A stretch of DNA of 64,000 nt, from positions 1 to 64,000 of the IMG/VR virus record IMGVR_UViG_3300032218_002424. One strand, given 5' to 3'. The DNA comes from a virus. Taxonomy: Duplodnaviria; Caudoviricetes. Below the pieces are notes generated by a model. That model made no database searches. It saw only the letters and a list, made by a program, of their open reading frames with translations, and was not told the origin of the DNA. Made by a program: the position numbers and the translations under genes. This document shows, piece by piece, positions 56,149 to 64,000 of this stretch (positions within the stretch are counted from its first letter, which is position 1; each line of letters starts with the position of its first letter).

Positions 56149-58271
56149 TGGCAGGACTATTAATCCCAGCTGATCTTAACGTAAAAGGATATGCAGATCC
56201 TTCCGATAAGAATTACTTTGACGTAAAAGCAACAGGCTTACTTCCAAACACTGGATATGGATTTCAATTTCAATGGGTGTTTGAAGATGGAACAACAAGT
56301 GATTGGTCAGCAACAAGATATGTTTTGACAGATTTAATTTCAACTCCTGGACAACCAGATCTTGGCGTTAACGATGTGGTTGGCGGAGCTGGATATATTA
56401 AAGTAAATTGGTCAGGAACATCTCAAGGTTCTCCAATCACAAACATTTCAAGAGTTGATGTTTATATAAGCGGTGCACCATTTGACGGAACAAAACCAGC
56501 GGAAACATTTGTTACATCTGGTACTAAAACAATTGCAGCCCCAGGCGGAACCTATATTGTAAAACTACAAGCCATTCGTCCAGATGGCACAACCTCTTCA
56601 TTATTTAGTCTTTCAAGAACTGTAGTTGTGACAGACATTGTTACCGAAACAATACAAGATCCAACAAATCCAAATGGTTTTTCCATAGACAGAATTCTTT
56701 CTGGAATTCAAGTAAATTGGGCAGGAACATACGCCAATGGAACATTTACTGGATTTCAAGCAATTAAAATTTATGTAGGCAATTCAGCAACCGCTACAGC
56801 TGGAACATATAAAGAAGCTGGTGTAATGACTGGCAACAATCTTAAAAATACAATTACAATTCCAGTAGACGGAACATATTTAAATTATGATACTCCAGTT
56901 TACATTCATGCAGCAGCAGTAAACAAAAATGGAACAGTTGGAACCATACAGCAAAATGTTGCTAACGAACCGCTTGGAGCAAGATCTGCAATACCATCTG
57001 ATTTAGCAAATCAAATTATTACAAATGCAAAATTAGTTGATGCTGCAATTACTGAAGCTAAAATTGCTACATCAGCAATTACAACAACTAAAATTGCAGA
57101 TGATGCAATCACATCATCCAAAATTATTGCAAACGCTATTACTGCAGATAAAATAGTTTCATCAGCAATTACTGCAGATAAAATTGCTGCAAATGCTATT
57201 ACTGCTGGCAAAATTTCTGCTGGATCAATTGATGTTACAAAATTAGCAGCAGGAACTATATCGGTTAATAATTTAGAGGCTGGCTTGATTACAAGCACAT
57301 CATATATTCGTGCAGGTGCATCAACTGGTGCTAGAGTTGAAATATCAAGTTCAAATATAACTAATGGTCCATCTGCTGGATTTTACATTTATGATTCAAC
57401 TGGTGTAGCAATTCTTTCAGCTCCACTAGCTGGAGGCCTATCAATAACTGGCGGTGGAACATTTAGCGGAAACTTGCAAGGAGCTGGCGGTACATTTACT
57501 GGTGCATTAAATGTTGGAACACAAAATGCTGGTGGATTATATCCATTTAGTGTTTCTAATAATGGGTATATGAGAACTATAAATGCATCAATTGGTGGAT
57601 TTATAATTGACGACACTTCTATATCAGCAAACAATAATACTTTTCAAATGAACAGTACAAATGGCAGACTTGCTGTAGGAACAATAACAGATTCACACAT
57701 TGAAATTGACGGAACAAATGGAATCATTCATAAAAACAATTCTTCAGCAACTGGTAATTTTCAATTAACACCAACAGGATCTTTAACATTAGGTTCAAGT
57801 TCTGGATCTAATTATTTTTCTTGGACTGGATCAGCATTAACTGTTAAATCTACAAGCGTTTCTTTTATTGGAGATAGTGCTTCATCATTTACAGTTAATT
57901 CAAACGGAATTTCTTTAATAGGAAACCCAAGAACTTCAGGTTCTGGAACAGATACCTGGGCAGCATACAGTGGTGGAACTCAAATTTTAGCTAATAGCAC
58001 AGGTCTTCATATGTATGGAATACCAGTTCAGCAAGATGCAGACATTGCATACCGTGCACAAGGAGCATACGATCCTCATCCAGGATATAGAAAAGGTTCA
58101 GGCGGTCAAGATTTATATCCATTAGGTGCAGTTGGAAGACAAAGAATGGTTGTTGAAAGACCTGAAACTGGCGAACTTCAAATGGGTATGGCTGTTTACT
58201 ATAGAGCAACTGGCAACTCTGATCCAGGATATACTTCTGGGTATGTAGGAGATTTGTGGGTAGTGTACTAA
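56148..58271 (+). CDS. Tail fibre protein with FN3-like domains and AIT..KI repeats
   Basis: About 8 AITxxKIxxx repeats at 57016-57275; C-terminal GDLWVVY. Confidence 0.8.
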   Translation: MAGLLIPADLNVKGYADPSDKNYFDVKATGLLPNTGYGFQFQWVFEDGTTSDWSATRYVLTDLISTPGQPDLGVNDVVGGAGYIKVNWSGTSQGSPITNISRVDVYISGAPFDGTKPAETFVTSGTKTIAAPGGTYIVKLQAIRPDGTTSSLFSLSRTVVVTDIVTETIQDPTNPNGFSIDRILSGIQVNWAGTYANGTFTGFQAIKIYVGNSATATAGTYKEAGVMTGNNLKNTITIPVDGTYLNYDTPVYIHAAAVNKNGTVGTIQQNVANEPLGARSAIPSDLANQIITNAKLVDAAITEAKIATSAITTTKIADDAITSSKIIANAITADKIVSSAITADKIAANAITAGKISAGSIDVTKLAAGTISVNNLEAGLITSTSYIRAGASTGARVEISSSNITNGPSAGFYIYDSTGVAILSAPLAGGLSITGGGTFSGNLQGAGGTFTGALNVGTQNAGGLYPFSVSNNGYMRTINASIGGFIIDDTSISANNNTFQMNSTNGRLAVGTITDSHIEIDGTNGIIHKNNSSATGNFQLTPTGSLTLGSSSGSNYFSWTGSALTVKSTSVSFIGDSASSFTVNSNGISLIGNPRTSGSGTDTWAAYSGGTQILANSTGLHMYGIPVQQDADIAYRAQGAYDPHPGYRKGSGGQDLYPLGAVGRQRMVVERPETGELQMGMAVYYRATGNSDPGYTSGYVGDLWVVY

Positions 58272-61200
58272 ATGCCATTTTGGGTAAAAGATAGTGCGTA
58301 TTCTTGGTCTCCTGTAAAAGAATTATGGGTTAAAGTAGCAAGCAATGGATCTGGTGCTTGGCAATTGGCTTCTGAGGCATGGGTAAAAGTTTCATCAACT
58401 GGATCAAGTGCTTGGAAAAAGTTTTATACTAATACTTCTTTAAAGCCATACAGCACTGTACCAATTTCAATTAGAACTTCAAGTTATACTGGAACAAATG
58501 TAAGTGGATCATATACTTATGTGGGAACAAAATTATGGGGAAATGAGTCTGTAAGTCCAACTAACTATTGGCAAAATGGTCCTTTTACAAGTACATCTTA
58601 TAATTGGTATTATAGTAAAACATCTGATGGTTCTGGATTATTAGATGGTTATACAAACATTGATACGTTTGATTCAACATATTATGATGGATATTACATT
58701 TACTTTCAAGTTAAAAAAACAAATTCAAGAGGTCTTTCTGGAACAGAAACAAGTTCTCCAGCATATATATGTTTACACGTTCCAACTCATGGAACAAATA
58801 CTTTTGGTCTTACTACAACTGCAGCACAAGTCGGGACACCGATAACCTTTGCCTACTCTTGGAAAAATTCTAGTTCTTATGGAATTGATACGTCTAGATC
58901 AACAATTGAATGGTATAGGGGATATCCATATGCAGATAAAAGAAATTTAATTGAATCAAAAACATATTCGCAGCTTGTTGCCACATCTTATGGATCAGAT
59001 TATTATGGAACTTATTCTTATACTCCAATAACTGCAGATCTAAATAATAACATTTATGTTGTGTCAACTGCATACAATTCTTATACAGATTATACTTCAT
59101 CTCCAATTGTAGACACATATTCTTCTGATGTTATTTATACTAAGCCTATAATTAATAATCCAGTAACTATAAATAAAGACGGCGGTTATCAAACATATGG
59201 GTATAATTTAAGTGCAAATACTCAAACGTATACTCCAACATCAGATCTAGTTTATTGGGGTTGGCAATATGCATCAACAAATACTGCAACTACAGGAAGA
59301 ACATTTTATCATTATATAAGTCCACCAGGAATACAAGTAAATGATTTTGGTTCAGATTCGTATGAGGGCGGAACACACACATTTACTTTGAGAGACGTAT
59401 ACGATAATGCAACAGGAAATACCGTATCTTTAGTTGGACAGTATTTAAGATTTTATTCTATTGGTCAAAAAGGCGGGGCACAATCAGATGTAAACTATTC
59501 TTCTTGGATTGGTCCAATATATAATGCCCCAGTTGCACCAACTACAGGTCCATCTATAAGTTTTGCAGGAGCATATAGTGCTTCATATGCATACATACGT
59601 GCATTTTGGGATCCAGTAACATATACCAAAGACTATACACTTCAATATAAGTCTGGAAGTTCTTGGGTAGATTTAGTAACTTTAACAACCGCACCACAAT
59701 ATGCTTCAACAGATTCATTTTTGGTTCCAGTAGGAAGTCAAATATTTAGAGTCAGAACAAGAAATGATGACGGAATAAATTTATATTCTCCAGAAGTAAC
59801 CTATGTTGTGACTGGAACTTATAACTTTGCTTTTGGAAATTATTTATATCCAAATACAAATGGTCAAATCGGTTTGGATGGTGGAGTTCAAACTGTATAT
59901 CCTTCTTCTGGAAGAGCTATTGGAGTTTATCCATTAGACATGGCAGAAACTACAACTGGATATTATTCAGATAGTAGATATTTTTATATTCAATTTTCTG
60001 GATATCAATATCAAAATGTTGGAACTGCAACATATGCACTTAGATATCAAGTAAAATTTGATACCTTAAATCCTACATATGCTGATGTTTTAATATGCAA
60101 TAAGGGATCATCTTTGCCTTTAACAGTAACTCAACCTGGACTCTATAATGGATCAAATGCAGTTTCTGGACTTCCAGGACCATATGTTATTTCTACTGGT
60201 ACAAAATATAGAATATATATGGACGGAACTATTGGAAGCTTTGGACAAACTCAAGCACAGATTCCATCTTCAAATTTCATTACAGATTCCTTGGCTTATG
60301 GTACAGCAGATGATGGATATCACAGTATTGCAACTTCAGCAAATCAATATCAAAAAAATATGCTATCAGTTACATCAGCAACAGTTGATTCAAGTGGAGT
60401 ACATGTTTCGTTTACTGGACTTAATGATTATTCTTATTACAACTATACACTAAATACTGGAAGTTATAGCGGATCTGTTTGGAATTCTTTAAATAGCCAA
60501 ACTGCTAATCCTTTAAATATTGGAAGTTTAACAGGTGGTACTACATATTATTTAACAATCACACCTTACAACTCTTTGGGACAAGCTGGAAACGTATATC
60601 AAAATTCATTTACAGCCCCAAATAATCCACAACCATTTACAACAACCAGCGGAAGCAAAGGTTTTCCTTCTGGAGCAACACAGTCTGTATCTGAACCATC
60701 TGGAAATAGAACAGTTACAGTGGGATGGAATTCATCTACAAATTCTGCTGTATATGAGGTAGCACTACAAGGAAGTACAGATAACAGTACATGGAGTTAT
60801 GTAACAATTGGTGGAGTATCTCAAACTTTAGATAATTCGGCATATGTTTTGTCTGGAACAAGTAAAACCTTTACAGCACCATACTATAGATATTACAGAT
60901 ATACTGTTCGTGGAAGAGGCTCAGACTATAGCTTGTCAAATGCAGTATATAGTGATTATGGAACATCCACTAGTTTAGTTTGGAAAAATGTTGATGGAAC
61001 TGCTCCAAGTTCTGTAAGTCTAGGAACTATAACAAAAACTACTACAACTGCTTCTATTCCATTTACAATTCCTTCTGGAGGATCAAATACAGTAGACTGG
61101 ATTCAATATTCAACTGATTTAGTTAGTTGGACCAATACTTATACAAGCCCACTATCTTTATCAAGTTTAAGTGCAAATACATCTTATAACTATTATATTA

Positions 61201-62177
61201 GAGCTTTAAACTGGGATCAGATAGCTGGATCATATTCAACTGCAAGTTTTACAACAGATCAAATTGCAGTTCCTACAAATAGTTCTGTGCCAACACTTAG
61301 CGGAACAACAAAAGTTGGACAGACATTAACATTTGGTGTCGGTTCTTGGACTGGTTCACCAACTTCATATTCTTTGAGGCTTTATAGAGGAACAGCTGGA
61401 GTTGCAACGTCTGAAACTTTGGTTAAAGATGCTGGAAATACAACAAGCAGTACATATGCTATTCCTTTATCTGATTATACAGATGCACAAAGTAATAGCA
61501 GATATTACTACAGAGCATTTGCAACAGCAACAAATGCTGGTGGAACTTCTAATAGCGGTACATATACGGCTGGTACTGAATTAGGACCTCTTACAAATAT
61601 AGTTTTGTATACAGTAACATTTGATGCAAATGGTGGAAGCAGTACTCCTTCTGCAGTTACACAAACTACAGAAGGAGGATCAGTAACATTAGCCGCTGCA
61701 ATATCAAGAACTGGATATACATTTGGAGGATGGAATACAAATTCTTCTGGTACGGGAACCAACTATTCTGCATCTTCTTCATATACTCCAAGTGCAAATA
61801 TTACTTTATATGCAAAATGGACAGCAAATGTTACAATTCCTCCAACCCCAACTATATCAATTTATGGTTATGGTAGTTCTAATAATTCAACGGCATCTGG
61901 ATTTACAATTGCTTCTTCAGGTGCAACATCTGTAAACTGGTATTTGTACAGAACTGCAACTGGAACTGGAACTACTGGTTATGGAACTGGAACGTATACA
62001 CAGGTTGCATCAGGATCATATGCCACGTCTGGAAGTGTTAACGTATTTATTTATCTTGCTTATGCAAATTCAAATGGATATTACTACCTTACCGCATCCG
62101 CAACAAATAGTGCAGGAACTAGCTCAATTTCTTCTAGATTTCCTGCAGCAGCTACAAGAAACTGGTTTTATTACTAA
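58272..62177 (+). CDS. Large Tyr/Ser/Thr-rich adhesin with Ig/FN3 domains and an InlB-B (Listeria/Bacteroides) repeat
   Basis: PTN...PTLSG..KVGQTLT..G.W; YTVTFDANGG...RTGYTFGGWNT...G.GT.Y...ITLYAKW. Confidence 0.8.
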   Translation: MPFWVKDSAYSWSPVKELWVKVASNGSGAWQLASEAWVKVSSTGSSAWKKFYTNTSLKPYSTVPISIRTSSYTGTNVSGSYTYVGTKLWGNESVSPTNYWQNGPFTSTSYNWYYSKTSDGSGLLDGYTNIDTFDSTYYDGYYIYFQVKKTNSRGLSGTETSSPAYICLHVPTHGTNTFGLTTTAAQVGTPITFAYSWKNSSSYGIDTSRSTIEWYRGYPYADKRNLIESKTYSQLVATSYGSDYYGTYSYTPITADLNNNIYVVSTAYNSYTDYTSSPIVDTYSSDVIYTKPIINNPVTINKDGGYQTYGYNLSANTQTYTPTSDLVYWGWQYASTNTATTGRTFYHYISPPGIQVNDFGSDSYEGGTHTFTLRDVYDNATGNTVSLVGQYLRFYSIGQKGGAQSDVNYSSWIGPIYNAPVAPTTGPSISFAGAYSASYAYIRAFWDPVTYTKDYTLQYKSGSSWVDLVTLTTAPQYASTDSFLVPVGSQIFRVRTRNDDGINLYSPEVTYVVTGTYNFAFGNYLYPNTNGQIGLDGGVQTVYPSSGRAIGVYPLDMAETTTGYYSDSRYFYIQFSGYQYQNVGTATYALRYQVKFDTLNPTYADVLICNKGSSLPLTVTQPGLYNGSNAVSGLPGPYVISTGTKYRIYMDGTIGSFGQTQAQIPSSNFITDSLAYGTADDGYHSIATSANQYQKNMLSVTSATVDSSGVHVSFTGLNDYSYYNYTLNTGSYSGSVWNSLNSQTANPLNIGSLTGGTTYYLTITPYNSLGQAGNVYQNSFTAPNNPQPFTTTSGSKGFPSGATQSVSEPSGNRTVTVGWNSSTNSAVYEVALQGSTDNSTWSYVTIGGVSQTLDNSAYVLSGTSKTFTAPYYRYYRYTVRGRGSDYSLSNAVYSDYGTSTSLVWKNVDGTAPSSVSLGTITKTTTTASIPFTIPSGGSNTVDWIQYSTDLVSWTNTYTSPLSLSSLSANTSYNYYIRALNWDQIAGSYSTASFTTDQIAVPTNSSVPTLSGTTKVGQTLTFGVGSWTGSPTSYSLRLYRGTAGVATSETLVKDAGNTTSSTYAIPLSDYTDAQSNSRYYYRAFATATNAGGTSNSGTYTAGTELGPLTNIVLYTVTFDANGGSSTPSAVTQTTEGGSVTLAAAISRTGYTFGGWNTNSSGTGTNYSASSSYTPSANITLYAKWTANVTIPPTPTISIYGYGSSNNSTASGFTIASSGATSVNWYLYRTATGTGTTGYGTGTYTQVASGSYATSGSVNVFIYLAYANSNGYYYLTASATNSAGTSSISSRFPAAATRNWFYY

Positions 62178-62374
62178 TGAACGATATAAACTTTGAAAAA
62201 ATAACAAATGAGAAAATACAGATATATTTGGATAGAAAAATAAAATTTCAATCCATAATAGATTTGTCTGAAGATGAACAAGAAAAAGCTTGGTTATCAA
62301 ATGCGATAATTGAAATGGACAAGATAATTGAGTCTTTTAGGCTAAATTTAGAGTCCTTGACCCAACAGGGTTAG
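62177..62374 (+). CDS. Small helical hypothetical protein
   Basis: TAATG overlap. Confidence 0.6.
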   Translation: MNDINFEKITNEKIQIYLDRKIKFQSIIDLSEDEQEKAWLSNAIIEMDKIIESFRLNLESLTQQG

Positions 62375-62385
62375 TTTGCTATAAT
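62357..62385 (+). promoter_or_regulatory. Promoter TTGACC-N17-TATAAT with extended TG
   Basis: Near-perfect consensus; RBS AGGAGGAGG follows. Confidence 0.75.
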
Positions 62386-62401
62386 ATAGGAGGAGGAAAC
62401 A

Positions 62402-62635
62402 ATGGCAACTGAAACATCACTACTTACAAATGAAGATAAGGTAAACATCCTTAATCAACATATAAAGAATCTAGAATATGCTATTTATGGCTTACAGCTA
62501 GATATTATTGAATACAATGCATCAACTTCAAAGGATGCTGCTCATACAGCAGAATTAAATGCTAGACTTACAGAACTACAGGCCAAGAAAACCGTCTTGG
62601 ATTCTGAAAAGGCAGATTTAACAGCAGGAGCATAA
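62402..62635 (+). CDS. Small coiled-coil protein
   Basis: Strong RBS; heptad pattern. Confidence 0.75.
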   Translation: MATETSLLTNEDKVNILNQHIKNLEYAIYGLQLDIIEYNASTSKDAAHTAELNARLTELQAKKTVLDSEKADLTAGA

Positions 62636-62636
62636 C

Positions 62637-62819
62637 ATGGAAAAGGCGGAATTAATTATAACCGCTTTGCAATCTCGCATTGGCGAAATTGTATCGGATT
62701 ATGAAGTTAAGGTTGCTGTACTTAGAGCAGAACTAACAAACTTAATTAATGAAAAACAAGAAAGAGAACAGCAGATGCAAGACTACAGCGATAGTGTTGC
62801 TCAAAAAATTGAGGGGTAA
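62637..62819 (+). CDS. Small coiled-coil protein
   Basis: RBS AGGAG; LIITALQ.RIGE....YE...A.LRAE.T. Confidence 0.75.
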   Translation: MEKAELIITALQSRIGEIVSDYEVKVAVLRAELTNLINEKQEREQQMQDYSDSVAQKIEG

Positions 62820-62821
62820 AA

Positions 62822-63265
62822 ATGGCAACGGACTTTAAAAATATTACATTTCAAGAGGGTGCACCAATTAGTGCCAGCCAATTACAGGATCTTGTCACAT
62901 ATGTAAATGAAATTAATTCCAATGCTGCACAATTTGCTGGAACATTTGGAACACTGGCTGATAAAGCTATTTCTAGAAAAATGGTTGCTGGAACATGGCC
63001 AGTTGGAACGGTTGATGTTTCAAAGGCTGGACATCCAGTAAGAATTAATTTTACCCCACCATTAACAGCAGAACCTGCAACAGTTCAAATAACATTAGAG
63101 ACTGCTTCAACAGATTCAGAATTAATTCATTTTATTCAATCTGGAACAGCCTCAGCCACAGGAGTTACAGTTTGGATCACTAGAGCGGCTAATGGAGTTG
63201 GCTCAGCAATTGTAAAGCCAACATCAGTAACCCTACATTATTTTGCAGTAGCAAAATCTGGTTGA
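62822..63265 (+). CDS. Small putative virion protein (fibre-tip-like C-terminus)
   Basis: F.EG.P.....L..L start; I.F...L...P.......L.YFAV end. Confidence 0.65.
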   Translation: MATDFKNITFQEGAPISASQLQDLVTYVNEINSNAAQFAGTFGTLADKAISRKMVAGTWPVGTVDVSKAGHPVRINFTPPLTAEPATVQITLETASTDSELIHFIQSGTASATGVTVWITRAANGVGSAIVKPTSVTLHYFAVAKSG

Positions 63266-63325
63266 CAAACCAATAAAATATAGTACACTTATCAAAACAA
63301 CAAGTCACGGCAATCGTGACTTTTT
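63262..63325 (+). promoter_or_regulatory. Promoter TTGACA-N16-TACACT followed by hairpin AAGTCACG-GCAAT-CGTGACTT-TTT
   Basis: Perfect -35 box; 8-bp stem with T-tract at 63302-63325. Confidence 0.6.
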
Positions 63326-63350
63326 GTGTCTAACAGAATAGATATTATTA

Positions 63351-64000
63351 ATGTCAAATGATTTAAAATGGATGCTTTCATCCGATCAGCAGTTCCCTCA
63401 TCAAGATGATAGAGCAATCGCTTTATGGTTTCAGGTAATGAAATGGTTTAAGCCAGATGTAATTGATTATCTTGGAGATACAGACGATCAGGCATGCTAT
63501 AGTAAGTATACAGAGGGACGTTCAGCAGAATTTATGCAGTTGCACAAAGATGACAGCAGGGATCTTATTGTTCCTATGATTCGTCACGAAGCAAAAGCTG
63601 CAAGAGATTTTTACGCCAAAACAAGAGACATGATGCCTAACGCACAACTATTTTCTGCACTTGGAAATCACGATATTAGAATTTTTGAATATTTGGATAA
63701 AAAGCTTCCAGAGTATGCAGCAGATGTAACCCCAGAAGCATTGTGGTCTTTAGATTCTTTGGGCTATGAATATATCTATTATAATGATGCACCAAAGCGT
63801 CGCTTTGGAGACATCCACGTACATCATGGAAATGCTATTTCACAAAATGCTGGTGAGTCAGTTCGAAAAGATGTAGAAAATTTTGGAGTATCTATTATTC
63901 GTGGACACTCTCACAGAGCAGGAACATTTTATCAGACATTCCAACTTCGCAACGGCGGAGAAGGAGAAACTCTTCGTGGATATGAGATTGGCCACATGTG
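63351..64000 (+). CDS. Calcineurin-like metallophosphoesterase (truncated by the window end)
   Basis: Not in the ORF track; translation shows SDQQ, GDTDD, GNHD, HHG and GHSH motifs. Confidence 0.88.
   Translation, partial: MSNDLKWMLSSDQQFPHQDDRAIALWFQVMKWFKPDVIDYLGDTDDQACYSKYTEGRSAEFMQLHKDDSRDLIVPMIRHEAKAARDFYAKTRDMMPNAQLFSALGNHDIRIFEYLDKKLPEYAADVTPEALWSLDSLGYEYIYYNDAPKRRFGDIHVHHGNAISQNAGESVRKDVENFGVSIIRGHSHRAGTFYQTFQLRNGGEGETLRGYEIGHM

Larger units (their letters stand above)
1..64000. mobile_element. Segment of a large tailed bacteriophage genome (siphovirus-like, probably actinobacterial host)
   Basis: Portal, prohead protease, major capsid, tail tube, frameshifted chaperones, tape measure, holin and RNR in phage-typical order; tightly packed genes with TAATG overlaps; no host housekeeping genes. 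Confidence 0.95.

Noticed and set aside
5229-62196. Many 60-170 aa antisense or alternate-frame ORFs in the track (e.g. 8442-8738, 14196-14606, 27747-28250, 38327-38806, 46796-47227)
   Set aside because: Fully overlap well-supported genes, lack RBS or motifs, and are explained by codon bias and low-complexity sequence
1-64000. Stop-codon reassignment
   Set aside because: Long genes are intact in the standard bacterial code, and TAA, TAG and TGA all end genes at sensible boundaries
1-64000. tRNA genes, integrase or att sites
   Set aside because: No cloverleaf or T-loop consensus in the short intergenic regions and no recombinase motifs seen by eye

Overview
The whole window reads as part of a large, AT-rich (roughly one third GC by eye) long-tailed dsDNA phage (siphovirus-like) genome. 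The host is most plausibly an actinobacterium, probably aquatic; this is inferred from the holin type, gene order, extended -10 and leaderless promoters, and the PASTA and lytic-transglycosylase genes. Layout: (1) 1-3.9 kb, a leftward block with a candidate structured small RNA, small Cys proteins, a collagen/beta-helix fibre cassette and a lytic transglycosylase; (2) 4-7.3 kb, GT4 glycosyltransferase, B12-dependent class II ribonucleotide reductase and holin; (3) 7.3-35.6 kb, an unusually large (~28 kb, ~30 genes) modular block of fibre, adaptor, adhesin and chaperone genes placed before the portal; (4) 35.6-63.3 kb, a canonical head-neck-tail module (portal, protease with nested scaffold, major capsid, connectors, major tail protein, -1 frameshifted chaperones, 2094-aa tape measure, tail tip, fibres); (5) a partial metallophosphoesterase. 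I saw no terminase, tRNA, CRISPR, integrase or reverse transcriptase. Two candidates stand out as possibly undescribed systems. (a) A five-gene module inside the fibre block: beta-propeller protein, two accessory proteins, a U32-family Fe-S enzyme fused to a SAM methyltransferase, and a DUF401-like transporter. (b) A 499-aa adhesin with a nested stalk-and-knob design (6 Tyr-ladder repeats out, a Cys-rich knob, 6 disulfide-hairpin repeats back), followed by a small Cys-rich helper gene. All family assignments come from reading motifs, not from database searches.
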